Shown here in pieces: positions 39,117-48,682 of a stretch of DNA of 64,000 nt. A program made the position numbers and the translations under genes. The stretch comes from a virus: IMG/VR virus record IMGVR_UViG_3300027977_000029, positions 7,704-71,703 of that record; one strand, written 5' to 3'. The notes under the pieces were generated by a model. The model had not been told where the DNA came from and made no database searches. It saw only the letters and a program-made list of their open reading frames with translations. Position 1 is the stretch's first letter; the number at the start of each line of letters is the position of its first letter.

Positions 39117-39484
39117 TTACAATCTTCTGGGTTGCCATCACTATGATCTTGCTGTTCTTTATCATTACAGCATGCAACGGAATACCTTCTAAGCCTGCTT
39201 GGCAACGTGATATGGATAAACTTCAAGGCGAACTTATAGTAGCTTCGGCTTGTAATGGTTACTGGGACAGCCCTGCAGTTGAAGCTAGCAACTCAGAAGT
39301 CTTTATTGTAAAGGCAGAAGCCATCAGGAACCGCTGGGGTGTCTCAGTTGAAGAGATGCTAGAATACCTCCCGCAAGCAGAAGCTGAAACTATTGCCAAA
39401 GCCGCTAATCAGACAGTTGATGGTCAGCGTAAAGGTAAGACTCCAGCGCAGTGTATGACTTTCTTAGCCAATTGGGGTAACTGA
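39092..39484 (+). CDS. Putative lipoprotein
   Basis: Hydrophobic signal ending in ITAC (lipobox-like). Confidence 0.5.
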   Translation: MQNNRTSLVTIFWVAITMILLFFIITACNGIPSKPAWQRDMDKLQGELIVASACNGYWDSPAVEASNSEVFIVKAEAIRNRWGVSVEEMLEYLPQAEAETIAKAANQTVDGQRKGKTPAQCMTFLANWGN

Positions 39485-39492
39485 GGGAGCAA

Positions 39493-40332
39493 ATGACAAT
39501 AGCACTGATCGACGGCGATGTGATGGCTTACCAAGCCTGCTATACTCGCTACGAGAGAACTGCAAATAACGTCGATGGTGTACAGCGTATACAACTAGAC
39601 GCAGATGGAAAGCGAGTACCGCTGGAATTTACTACTGAGGAAGATTCAAGGTACCTCAGAACTTGCTGGGAAAACTTTAAAAAGAATGTAGGACGAGTTT
39701 GTGACCGCTTCTACTGCTCTGAAGTGTTGATTGCAATCAAAGGCCGGGACAACTATCGAGACCTGTTGTATCCAGAGTATAAGCTTCCTCGGGTGAATAG
39801 TGATAACTCGGGGAAGCTTGCACCCTTTGTAAAAAATATCAGGAACCTGGCTGAATTTGAACTAGAAGCTGTACCAGCCCATGGACGTGAAGCGGATGAC
39901 TTGCTAAGGATCTGGTCAAATGAGGCCAGAGCTGCAGGTCAAGACTTTATTGTGTTCTCTAACGATAAAGACCTACGTTGTATTCCTGGTAAACACTTTA
40001 TAGTTAACTTTGATAAGACTAAAGAGGCACTGATCGAAGTCTCTGAACATGATGCGCGTGTCAATTATTACACCCAGCTCTTAAAAGGCGACATGACTGA
40101 TAATATCCCAGGGCTTCCAGGGATCGGTCCGGCTAAGGCTTCTTCAAGAGTTGCTGATTGTATCACTGACGCAGACTTCCAAGAGGTCGTGGTAGGTTCC
40201 TATATTGAATTCTATGACGACCAGTGGTATGATTACTTTCTTAGTAATGGTAAGCTGATCCACATCCAAAACCATCTAGATGACTACTTTGATTGTTCTG
40301 ATTGGCCTATTGTGCAGGAGCTACGACCTTGA
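39493..40332 (+). CDS. 5'-3' exonuclease/RNase H (T7 gp6-like)
   Basis: LIDGD, YR...YPEYK, EADD, DKDL and GDMTDNIPGLPGIG motifs. Confidence 0.92.
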   Translation: MTIALIDGDVMAYQACYTRYERTANNVDGVQRIQLDADGKRVPLEFTTEEDSRYLRTCWENFKKNVGRVCDRFYCSEVLIAIKGRDNYRDLLYPEYKLPRVNSDNSGKLAPFVKNIRNLAEFELEAVPAHGREADDLLRIWSNEARAAGQDFIVFSNDKDLRCIPGKHFIVNFDKTKEALIEVSEHDARVNYYTQLLKGDMTDNIPGLPGIGPAKASSRVADCITDADFQEVVVGSYIEFYDDQWYDYFLSNGKLIHIQNHLDDYFDCSDWPIVQELRP

Positions 40333-40814
40333 AGTTCACAGGCACAATACCTAAAGGTCAACCTACCCTGAAACCTGTGTCAGCTTTTAAAAACGGACAC
40401 TGGGAATTCCCTGAACAGATGGCAGGACAGGGTTGGGTAGGTTTTGTATATGTAATCTATGACAAAGAACTCAGTCGTGGCTATATCGGTAAAAAGCAGT
40501 ACTATGGTACAGGTAAACTGAACAACGGCAAAGAGTCAAACTGGCGGACTTATAAGACCTCTTCACCACTCCTTAAAGAGCACTTTGCTGTAAGACCTTT
40601 GTCAGAGTTTGAATTTATCTGCCTAGAACAGTACAGGACAAAAGGTACGCTCTCTTATTCTGAGACTTGGTCTCTTTGCTTTGTTGAAGCTCCTACCACT
40701 AAGCTGTACTATAACACGCTGATTGAGAAGGTGTCTTGGCGGGTTAGTGAACCTATCAGTGCCAGGCACCGTGAACGTCTAATTCAATTTATGGAAAGGG
40801 TTAAAGGTGTTTAA
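40329..40814 (+). CDS. GIY-YIG family endonuclease
   Basis: GFVYVI...GYIGKK and YYN motifs; TTG start after a CAGGAG RBS. Confidence 0.75.
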   Translation: MKFTGTIPKGQPTLKPVSAFKNGHWEFPEQMAGQGWVGFVYVIYDKELSRGYIGKKQYYGTGKLNNGKESNWRTYKTSSPLLKEHFAVRPLSEFEFICLEQYRTKGTLSYSETWSLCFVEAPTTKLYYNTLIEKVSWRVSEPISARHRERLIQFMERVKGV

Positions 40815-41016
40815 CTTTATTAAACTTACTGTAGCTGCTCTATTGATAATTATGTGTTTTGTAGTGCTTGTTGCGGCAGGATTCCTCTTCGAGATGTCTG
40901 CTCAAGCAATCCTCGATACCGGTCAACTGGACCTTTTATCTGGACTCTGTTTGGTCACTTCTGGAGGCATCCTTATTGGTGGCCTTAAATCTGCACTTGA
41001 AGCAATGGGAGACTAA
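40807..41016 (+). CDS. Small two-TM membrane protein
   Basis: Hydrophobic segments. Confidence 0.5.
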   Translation: MFNFIKLTVAALLIIMCFVVLVAAGFLFEMSAQAILDTGQLDLLSGLCLVTSGGILIGGLKSALEAMGD

Positions 41017-42662
41017 TGTCTAAGATAGTTGCTCACAATCTCAAGTGCCTATCTCCAACTTGTCAGTCCAGCGATGGTAGGCAGCTATACGATACAGGAA
41101 CCTCTTTTTGTTTTTCTTGTACAACTTGGTTTAGCGCAGCAGATAGCAAAGCAGAAGAAATCGTGGAATCCACTCCTAAATCTCCTAGCCTAATACGAGT
41201 AACCACAGATCCTCTTGAAATTAAAGAAAATTTTCAGGTTAGAAGCTTTCCAGAACGTAAAATCTCTAAAGAAGTCTGTGAGTTCTATGGCGTGAAAGTA
41301 GGCTTCAAAGGTAATGGTGAAATTGGCTACCATTACTATCCGTATAAAGATGGTGAAAGCTACCAACGCCGAGAACTTCCTAAAACGTTCACCTGGATCA
41401 ATAAAGTAGACGATCTGTTTGGTATTGAAAGATTCCAAATGGGCGGCAAGCGTGTGATCATTTGCGAAGGTGCAATGGACACTCTTTCGATGGCTGAAGC
41501 AAGCTATCGTAGATATAAGAAGTTTTACCCAATCATTGGTCTCCCTAGTGCAGCTTATACTAAGTCTCTGATTGCAGCCAGGGATCAACTTAGGAACTTT
41601 GATGAAATCATTGTTTGCTTTGATGAAGATGAGGCAGGACATAAAGCTCAACAAGAAGCTGTAAAAATTCTAGGTCTTGATAAAGTAAAGCTCACCAAGC
41701 TCCCTAAGAAAGACGCCGGCGATGTTCTTACAGAACTCGGTCCTGAAGAGCTGCTTCGTTGCACCTTCGACGCTGTAAAGTATATTCCGTCTGGGATTAT
41801 TACCAAAGAAGCTCTTTGGGAACAGATGGCAAACTACGACCAAACGCCCTCAACGTCATATCCACCCTGCCTAGAGGGTCTTAACACTAAACTCAAGGGG
41901 ATGAGACTTAATGAAATCACACTGTTTACTTCCGGTACTGGTAGTGGGAAGTCTACTATGCTTAGGGAGATTATTCTGCATATCCTATCAACTGAACCGG
42001 ACGCTAAAATCGGTGTTGTAAGTCTGGAAGAATCTCCTGCAGAGACTGGTAAGAAAATCTCAGCCATGTATCTCTCCAGAAATCCTTCTCAAGAAGAGAT
42101 TCCTCTGGATGAGCTGCGACATGGTTTTGATGCAACTTTTGGTACAGATAGAATTATCCTTTTGGACCATCAAGGTTCTATGAGTGATACATCTATTATG
42201 GATAAGCTAGAATATATGTGCTTGATGGGCTGTCAATACTTGCTCCTTGACCACATTACGATTCTAGTTTCAGAAGGTGTTGAAGGTAGAGAAGGTAACG
42301 AAGCTCAAGACAAAATTATGAGTGACCTTCTTAAGCTTGTGAAGCGTCACCCTGTATGGCTTGGTCTAGTGTCACACTTGAGAAAGACTAGTAATAGCTC
42401 AGGTAAGTCTTTTGAGGAAGGTAGACTTCCTTCAATGGATGACATTAAAGGCTCAGGCTCGATTAAGCAGATCGCGTTTGATATTGTTGGATTTGCTCGT
42501 AATATGAACGCAGAATCAGAAATGGAACGAAACACTATTGACATGTGTGTTCTGAAATGCCGTTTCTCAGGCCTCACGGGTGCTGTACCTGGTGCTCGAT
42601 ATATTTATTCGACAGGTAGACTAGAAGCCATATCGCACTGTGAAGAGTTTGTTACTATTTAG
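41016..42662 (+). CDS. Primase-helicase (T7 gp4-like)
   Basis: Cys4 zinc ribbon; TOPRIM EG..D and FD.D.AG; Walker A GTGSGKST; LLLDH; SHL. Confidence 0.95.
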   Translation: MSKIVAHNLKCLSPTCQSSDGRQLYDTGTSFCFSCTTWFSAADSKAEEIVESTPKSPSLIRVTTDPLEIKENFQVRSFPERKISKEVCEFYGVKVGFKGNGEIGYHYYPYKDGESYQRRELPKTFTWINKVDDLFGIERFQMGGKRVIICEGAMDTLSMAEASYRRYKKFYPIIGLPSAAYTKSLIAARDQLRNFDEIIVCFDEDEAGHKAQQEAVKILGLDKVKLTKLPKKDAGDVLTELGPEELLRCTFDAVKYIPSGIITKEALWEQMANYDQTPSTSYPPCLEGLNTKLKGMRLNEITLFTSGTGSGKSTMLREIILHILSTEPDAKIGVVSLEESPAETGKKISAMYLSRNPSQEEIPLDELRHGFDATFGTDRIILLDHQGSMSDTSIMDKLEYMCLMGCQYLLLDHITILVSEGVEGREGNEAQDKIMSDLLKLVKRHPVWLGLVSHLRKTSNSSGKSFEEGRLPSMDDIKGSGSIKQIAFDIVGFARNMNAESEMERNTIDMCVLKCRFSGLTGAVPGARYIYSTGRLEAISHCEEFVTI

Positions 42663-42670
42663 GAAGTAAG

Positions 42671-44563
42671 ATGGACACACCTTGGAGTTCTATTGGGTAC
42701 GTTACGTATAAGCGTACTTACTCGCGTAAACTAGAGAACGGTAATTCTGAAGAATTCGAAGACACTGTTGATCGAGTTATTTCTGCTTGTGATACTCAGC
42801 TTGAAGTTGGGTTCACTGATAAAGAAGAAGAGCAACTTAAGCGCTACATGATGGAGCTTAAGTGCAGTGTCGCAGGGCGATTCTTGTGGCAACTTGGCAC
42901 ACCTACGGTTGAACGCCTTGGTCTGGCGTCTCTCCAAAACTGCGCATTTGTGGTTGTAGATGAGCCTATCAGACCTTTCTGCTGGACTATGGACATGTTA
43001 GCGCTCGGTGCTGGTGTGGGCTATAACATCCAGCGGCATCACGTCGACAAGCTCCCAAAAGTTAAAACTTGGTTTAAAGCTCCTACGCGCACTAATGATG
43101 GCGGTGCTGACTTTATTATTCCCGACTCACGTGAGGGTTGGGTCAAGTTCTTAGGTAAAACTCTCAAAGCTGCCTTCCTTTCAGACACTGAACAAAAAGG
43201 CACTTTCACTTACTCGCCTCAAGTGATTCGTGGTAAGGGTACGCCTATCGCAGGTTTCGGCGGTGTTGCTTCCGGTCCTGAAGAGCTGTGCTGGGGTATT
43301 AACGAGATCTCCAAGGTTCTCATGAAACGCTCCGGTAAGCAGCTTCGACCGATTGACTGTCTGGATATTATGAATATCATTGGCTATATTATTGTGGCTG
43401 GTAATGTTCGTAGGTCTGCTCAACTCGCCATTGGAGATCCTGATGATGTTGAGTTTCTCCTTGCCAAGCGATTTGACCTCGGGTCTGTCCCCAAGTGGCG
43501 AGCGATGTCTAACAATTCGGTCGCGTGTGACGACATCTCGGAGTTGCACGACTACTTCTGGGACGGCTATACTGGTCGCGGTGAACCATATGGGCTCATT
43601 AATCTCAGACTTAGTAGACTTATTGGTAGACTTGGGGAAACCCAATACCCAGATCCAGGGGTCGAAGGCTATAATCCCTGTGCTGAACAATCCTTAGAGA
43701 CTTACGAAACTTGCTGTCTTGCTGAAGTCTTTCTTCCTAACGTGACTTCCGAAGATGAATTCATCGATATTCTTGAAAAACTTTATCGTATTAATAAACA
43801 TTCATTGATGCTTGACTCTCATCACCCTGAAACCGGAGCGGTCATCGCTAAGAATATGCGAATGGGTATTGGTATTACAGGCATCCTTCAAGCTACTCCC
43901 GAACAAATGTCTTGGTTAGACAGTGGCTATGGCTTTTTGAGACTGTTTGATGTACAGTACTCAAAGGATATGGGTGTTGAACCCAGCATCAAGTTGACAA
44001 CTGTTAAGCCTTCTGGTACCCTCAGTCTTCTGCCGGGAGTGCTCCCTGGTATTCACCCTGGCTACGCTCGCTTTATGATAAGGAGAATTAGAATTGACTC
44101 TTCGCACCCGCTTGTTGACGTCTGTAAGTCTCATGGTTATCCAGTGGAATATGCTCGTGAATTCGATGGCACGTTAGATTATAAAACCATCGTAGTCTCG
44201 TTCCCGTTTGCGTACCCTGAGAATGCTATTCTTGCTAAGGACATGACTGCTCTCAAGCAACTTGAGTGGATTAGGACTGTTCAAGAGCTCTGGTCTGATA
44301 ATAGTGTGTCCTGCACTATTTATTATAAGGCTGAAGAGCTTGATGAAATTAAAGAATACCTCACAAAGTATTACAAGAACAACCATAAGAGTCTTTCTTT
44401 CCTGTTGCACTCTGAGCATGGCTTTGATCAAGCTCCTTACGAGGAGATCACCGAAGAGCAATATAACGAACTAGTCGCTAAAACAACTCAAATCACCTTC
44501 TCAGGCACTGTGGAGTTTGATGGCGTTGAAGACTGCGAAAAGGGCGCTTGTCCTGTTCGGTAA
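42671..44563 (+). CDS. nrdJ: Class II (B12-dependent) ribonucleotide reductase
   Basis: YKRTYSR, NCAF, GNVRRSA, NPCAE, CCLAE, TTVKPSGT and C-terminal CEKGACP; no beta subunit in the window. Confidence 0.92.
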   Translation: MDTPWSSIGYVTYKRTYSRKLENGNSEEFEDTVDRVISACDTQLEVGFTDKEEEQLKRYMMELKCSVAGRFLWQLGTPTVERLGLASLQNCAFVVVDEPIRPFCWTMDMLALGAGVGYNIQRHHVDKLPKVKTWFKAPTRTNDGGADFIIPDSREGWVKFLGKTLKAAFLSDTEQKGTFTYSPQVIRGKGTPIAGFGGVASGPEELCWGINEISKVLMKRSGKQLRPIDCLDIMNIIGYIIVAGNVRRSAQLAIGDPDDVEFLLAKRFDLGSVPKWRAMSNNSVACDDISELHDYFWDGYTGRGEPYGLINLRLSRLIGRLGETQYPDPGVEGYNPCAEQSLETYETCCLAEVFLPNVTSEDEFIDILEKLYRINKHSLMLDSHHPETGAVIAKNMRMGIGITGILQATPEQMSWLDSGYGFLRLFDVQYSKDMGVEPSIKLTTVKPSGTLSLLPGVLPGIHPGYARFMIRRIRIDSSHPLVDVCKSHGYPVEYAREFDGTLDYKTIVVSFPFAYPENAILAKDMTALKQLEWIRTVQELWSDNSVSCTIYYKAEELDEIKEYLTKYYKNNHKSLSFLLHSEHGFDQAPYEEITEEQYNELVAKTTQITFSGTVEFDGVEDCEKGACPVR

Positions 44564-44570
44564 CACTAAC

Positions 44571-44598
44571 TGGGAGGGCTTCGGCTCTCCCAAAATTT
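44571..44598 (+). terminator. Terminator-like hairpin
   Basis: TGGGAGGGC-TTCG-GCTCTCCCA followed by AAATTTT. Confidence 0.65.
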
Positions 44599-44608
44599 TG
44601 GAGCTATA

Positions 44609-45508
44609 ATGTTCAAGCCTATGCTCGCTCCTGGGGAAGATCCTCAGAAGTATCCTAACTACTTTAAAGAGCTTCGGTATCCTTTGATGGTATCTCCTAA
44701 GTATGATGGTATTAGGTGTCTTACTATCAGTAAGATGGCACTGTCACGTTCAGGAAAGCTGCTTCCATCATGGCAAGTCCAAGAAGACTTTACAAGAGTT
44801 CCAGGTCTTGACGGGGAACTTATTGAAGGCAATCCAACTGATCCTGAAGTTTACAATCGAACTCAAAGCCATGTAATGTCGACAGACAAACCCGGCAATC
44901 TCAAGTTTTTTGTGTTTGATTGTATTGATGATGCTGTAATTGATAAGCCTTTCTACAGGCGTCTTGAAGAAGCTGCTAAGATGGTCATCGGTGTGGACGC
45001 TCACGAGGCTGTTGACCATACTACTGTAGAGCGCTACGAAGAACTTGTGGCCTACGAGAATCAATGTCTCTCAGAAGGCTATGAAGGTATCATGATGAGA
45101 GACCCCTTAGGCCGTTACAAGAATGGTCGAGGTACTTTTAAAGAAGGACTTATTTATAAACTTAAACGGTTCACTCAAACCGAAGGTCATATTGTTGACA
45201 TCCATCCCAGAATGCATAACACTAACCCTCAAACGACCGACGAGCTTGGCTATGCATCGCGTTCCCAATCAAAGGATGGGTTGGTGGCTATGGCGATGGC
45301 TGGTAAGTTTATCTTAGATACGGCCCTTTGGGGTGAAGTTGAAGTAGCGCCTGGAGCATTCACTCACCAAGAGCTTGAATGGATCTGGGAGAACAAATTA
45401 GACGTACTTGGCAAGACACTTACCTTTAAATTCTTCAGTCACGGTATTAAAGACAAACCGCGTTTTCCGAGGGCCGTAGGCTTTCGTCACCCCATTGATA
45501 TGAGTTAA
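44609..45508 (+). CDS. ATP-dependent DNA ligase
   Basis: KYDGIR (KxDG), LDGEL, FVFD, EGIMMR, KLK and PRFP. Confidence 0.93.
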   Translation: MFKPMLAPGEDPQKYPNYFKELRYPLMVSPKYDGIRCLTISKMALSRSGKLLPSWQVQEDFTRVPGLDGELIEGNPTDPEVYNRTQSHVMSTDKPGNLKFFVFDCIDDAVIDKPFYRRLEEAAKMVIGVDAHEAVDHTTVERYEELVAYENQCLSEGYEGIMMRDPLGRYKNGRGTFKEGLIYKLKRFTQTEGHIVDIHPRMHNTNPQTTDELGYASRSQSKDGLVAMAMAGKFILDTALWGEVEVAPGAFTHQELEWIWENKLDVLGKTLTFKFFSHGIKDKPRFPRAVGFRHPIDMS

Positions 45509-45509
45509 C

Positions 45510-46544
45510 ATGACTGGTCTTAGAACTCCTACAATTAAACTTGTAATTCGTAAAAAGATTAATGCTTGGCTGGCTACTATCAAAGAACCTGAGCTTGTTG
45601 AGCTTCTCAAGCGAGATACCATTGTTACAGGTGGTTGTGTCACTTCAATGCTTATGGGCGAGCGTATCAATGATTTTGACGTCTACTTCAAGACTTTTGA
45701 AACTGCCAAAGCTGTAGCTACCTATTATGTTCAGGAGTTCAACACCACCAAGGGCACGCTGAGTGCTAAAGCCCTTGCCGGTGTCAACCCTACGATTAAA
45801 GAAGAATCGGTTGTAAATATTAAAGGCGAGACTGAGCAGCGCATTAAGATTTACATGAAGTCTTCAGGTGTTGCAGGTGAGGAGCAAGGAGTTTACTCCT
45901 ACTTTGAACATGGGCAAGACTCAGCTACTGCAGAGTTCCTCACATCAACCCAAGATGAAGGTGCTGAAGATCCACTGTTTACTGCTGAACAAGCTTATGG
46001 AGCAGTTGCAGAAGACCCTCTCGGTACCGCTGAAGAGGTCAAAACTGAGCTTAAAGACCCTAAAAAGCCTCCCTACCGTCCAGTCTTTATGACTGACAAT
46101 GCTATCACGCTCTCCGATAAGATGCAGTTGATTATCAGATTCTACGGAACTCCTCAAGAAATCCACAAGAACTTTGATTTCATTCACTGCACCGGCGTGT
46201 ACGACTATCGAGCTGACAGCCTTGTGGTCAGTGAGGCTATGATGCGCAGTCTCCTGAGTAAGAGTCTTGTGTACTCAGGTAGCTTGTACCCGATCGCTTC
46301 TCTACTTCGTATTCGTAAGTTTATGAAGCGTGGCTGGCGTATCTCTGCTGGCCAGATGCTGAAGATCATCTTCCAGCTTGACGGCCAACCCCTCACAGAT
46401 CCTAAATTCCTCAAGGATCAGCTGATGGGTGTTGATGTGGCTTATATGCATGAGCTCATCAGGGCTATTAATAACGAGCCTGGCAGAATTGATGCCACTT
46501 ACTTGGCTACACTAGTCGATCAGGTATTTGGTGATGGCGGGTAA
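45510..46544 (+). CDS. Pol-beta superfamily nucleotidyltransferase (CCA/poly(A) polymerase-like head)
   Basis: TGGCVTS...INDFDVYF; QLI...NFDFIHC; RIRKFMKRGW. Confidence 0.72.
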   Translation: MTGLRTPTIKLVIRKKINAWLATIKEPELVELLKRDTIVTGGCVTSMLMGERINDFDVYFKTFETAKAVATYYVQEFNTTKGTLSAKALAGVNPTIKEESVVNIKGETEQRIKIYMKSSGVAGEEQGVYSYFEHGQDSATAEFLTSTQDEGAEDPLFTAEQAYGAVAEDPLGTAEEVKTELKDPKKPPYRPVFMTDNAITLSDKMQLIIRFYGTPQEIHKNFDFIHCTGVYDYRADSLVVSEAMMRSLLSKSLVYSGSLYPIASLLRIRKFMKRGWRISAGQMLKIIFQLDGQPLTDPKFLKDQLMGVDVAYMHELIRAINNEPGRIDATYLATLVDQVFGDGG

Positions 46545-46764
46545 TGCAAACTCCGGAAGAAAGTCTATTGTCTTCAAACCAGGCTACACTTACGGTGACG
46601 CAGCGGGGAATCGTTACAGGTTGATTAAAGATCGTCAACAAGGTGACTTTCCGCTGTTATTTGAAAACTTAGACACAGGCGGGTTTAGAGCCTTTACACG
46701 CCAAGGTCGATCTATAACTGCATTTGGGAATGATCCTCAGGCCCTCACAAAGAAGCTTAAATGA
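46534..46764 (+). CDS. Hypothetical protein
   Basis: ORF. Confidence 0.5.
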   Translation: MAGNANSGRKSIVFKPGYTYGDAAGNRYRLIKDRQQGDFPLLFENLDTGGFRAFTRQGRSITAFGNDPQALTKKLK

Positions 46765-47006
46765 CCCATACCAGAGAAACGAACGAAGAATTTATTCTAG
46801 ACTTGATCAACTTTGGACCATACGGAGGTCTTCAACAAGTGTTTCTCATTGAAGCTATTCGAAGCTACAGTGAGCGAATCTCTAAACTAGATCCAGCAAG
46901 CTTTGAAGGAGGCCTTATTGCTCCTGAAGCTTGGGTAGGCACAGCTAAGTATATCTTCCAGAAAGTCGAGGCCCGCTATGGCGACAGTAAGGACTCTACT
47001 ACGTAA
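46761..47006 (+). CDS. Hypothetical protein
   Basis: ORF with ATGA overlap. Confidence 0.55.
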   Translation: MTHTRETNEEFILDLINFGPYGGLQQVFLIEAIRSYSERISKLDPASFEGGLIAPEAWVGTAKYIFQKVEARYGDSKDSTT

Positions 47007-47430
47007 AGACATCCCAGGCCTTCTCAAGATGGCTGAGCCTTTCTTTGAACAGTCAGGCTTTCCTGGTAAGTTTTCGTTACATCGGGCTCATGAAACACTA
47101 TTAACTTGCATTGCCTCAGCGAGTCGTGGGTGCCTTGTGCTAGTCGACGATAATGAAAAACCCCTAGGAGCTTTAGGGTTCGAGATCTCAAGACTCTGGT
47201 TTAGTTCTTCAGTAGTTGCCCGAGAGCTATTCTTTTGGATTGACCCGGATTCAAGAGGTGGGCATGGCAGTGCTATGCTGGAAGCATTTGAAGCTGCAGC
47301 TAAGGCTAGAGGTGCTGAGTTCACGGTAATGGTAGCTCTTGCTGCGTCTAACTATGATCGTGTTACTGACTTCTATCGATATAAATCTTATCGCGCCATG
47401 GAAAGCGCATTTATCAAGGAACTTAGTTAA
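46978..47430 (+). CDS. GNAT acetyltransferase
   Basis: RELFFWIDPDSRGGHG..ML..FE..A..RGA...FY GNAT pattern. Confidence 0.8.
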   Translation: MATVRTLLRKDIPGLLKMAEPFFEQSGFPGKFSLHRAHETLLTCIASASRGCLVLVDDNEKPLGALGFEISRLWFSSSVVARELFFWIDPDSRGGHGSAMLEAFEAAAKARGAEFTVMVALAASNYDRVTDFYRYKSYRAMESAFIKELS

Positions 47431-47682
47431 ATGGCTAAAACTTACGCTCAGATTAAGCAAGAAGACAGTAATCGCGAGATTGAGGCTGTCTACAGCAATC
47501 TCGCAATCATCGAACGTGAGATGAACGAGCTGCAATACTCATTTGAGAGGTCAATGGAAGAGTTTACAAAGCTCCACCTCCAATATCTCGCGCAGCCTAC
47601 CCACGAGGGCCTTCAGGTCTTTCGAGCAAGGGTCACTAAGCTTAGGCAAGCTTTTCCTAAGTATGATGAGATTCCGTTCTAA
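47431..47682 (+). CDS. Coiled-coil protein ending in DEIPF
   Basis: ORF with an SSB-like C-terminal tip. Confidence 0.6.
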   Translation: MAKTYAQIKQEDSNREIEAVYSNLAIIEREMNELQYSFERSMEEFTKLHLQYLAQPTHEGLQVFRARVTKLRQAFPKYDEIPF

Positions 47683-47726
47683 GTTTTAAACCTAAGGTTT
47701 CTGCAAAGTAATGCCTTACAAAATTT

Positions 47727-47860
47727 GGCCGCCTGCAGCCGCGAGGCCCCCGCCTTGCCTGCCCCCTCGACCGGGCCGCCGCGCCCGCCCTGGACCAACC
47801 TCGCGTGCGCACGGTACCAACCTACAGCGACCCGCCCCTGAACCGGCGTCGTCGCTGACC
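47727..47860. other. Second GC-rich non-coding island (C-rich top strand)
   Basis: Composition shift; shares inverted motifs with 24345-24500. Confidence 0.65.
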
Positions 47861-47865
47861 ACCTC

Positions 47866-47883
47866 AACCCGTTAAGTTAACCC
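47866..47883 (+). promoter_or_regulatory. Class A motif
   Basis: AACCCGTTAAGTTAACCC. Confidence 0.75.
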
Positions 47884-47964
47884 TTTATCTTGAAACTCAT
47901 AACAGATATCTGGGTTTTTGTAAATAGTAGTGTGTCACTATTATTTGAATCAGCAGGACATAAA

Positions 47965-48534
47965 ATGACCGAGATCAAGAACGTCTTCACGACTCCCGAT
48001 GGCAAGCAGTTTGATACTAAGGCCGAGGCTGTCAACCATCTGCGTCTTCCGAAGATTCGTGAAGCGTTTGCTAAGCTGACCGACAACAATACCGAACTTG
48101 CTGAGTGGCTTATTGCCAATCAAGAGCAGGTCGAAATGGCTTTCGAAACGGGCACGATTCGTCGTGTCTCGAAGGCCGAGAAGAAGAAGCTCCAAGCTTC
48201 TCTGGATGCCATCAAGGAAGCTGGCAATCCGAAGTTTGCTTTCGTTGTTGACAATCTGGAAGCCATCTATACGAGCTTCCGTTGGCCGTCTGTCACTCGT
48301 CTGAAGCCGGAAGAGAAGACTGCCGCCGCTCAAGAAGCTCTGATGAAGCTTTCTGACGATAACGCTGAACTGGTTGGCTACGTTCTGGCTAACCAAGAAG
48401 GTATCATGGCTTGCTATGAAGCTGGTATCGAAAAGCGTCCGATGAACCCGAAGGCTGCAGAAGCCCTTGTTGAGTGGCGTGCTAAGGAAGCTGCCAAGAA
48501 GGCTGCTAAGGCCACTGAAGAGGTCGCCGGCTAA
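47965..48534 (+). CDS. Probably highly expressed protein with an internal two-fold repeat
   Basis: EAFAKLTDNNTELAEWLIANQE...FETG versus EALMKLSDDNAELVGYVLANQE...YEAG; capsid-like codon bias. Confidence 0.7.
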   Translation: MTEIKNVFTTPDGKQFDTKAEAVNHLRLPKIREAFAKLTDNNTELAEWLIANQEQVEMAFETGTIRRVSKAEKKKLQASLDAIKEAGNPKFAFVVDNLEAIYTSFRWPSVTRLKPEEKTAAAQEALMKLSDDNAELVGYVLANQEGIMACYEAGIEKRPMNPKAAEALVEWRAKEAAKKAAKATEEVAG

Positions 48535-48545
48535 TCTAGATAGTC

Positions 48546-48625
48546 GGTAGGATGTCGGAGGGACAATGTTAGCTACTTGTCTTGAATAACGGCTCTATTG
48601 TATTAGTTGCCTCCGACGTCGCACC
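48546..48625 (+). ncRNA. Long imperfect hairpin (possible RNase III site or small RNA)
   Basis: GATGTCGGAGG (48551-61) pairs with CCTCCGACGTC (48610-20); inner ACAAT/ATTGT pairing. Confidence 0.5.
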
Positions 48626-48642
48626 TTAGAAACATACTTTAA

Positions 48643-48673
48643 AAGACCCACCCTAACCGGTGGGTTTTATTTT
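48643..48673 (+). terminator. Intrinsic terminator
   Basis: AAGACCCACC/GGTGGGTTTT stem followed by ATTTT. Confidence 0.75.
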
Positions 48674-48682
48674 GAGGTTTAG

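Noticed and set aside
40329-40814. GIY-YIG gene as an intron-encoded homing endonuclease
   Set aside because: The flanking genes are intact and coupled, with no interrupted gene or intron; treated as free-standing.
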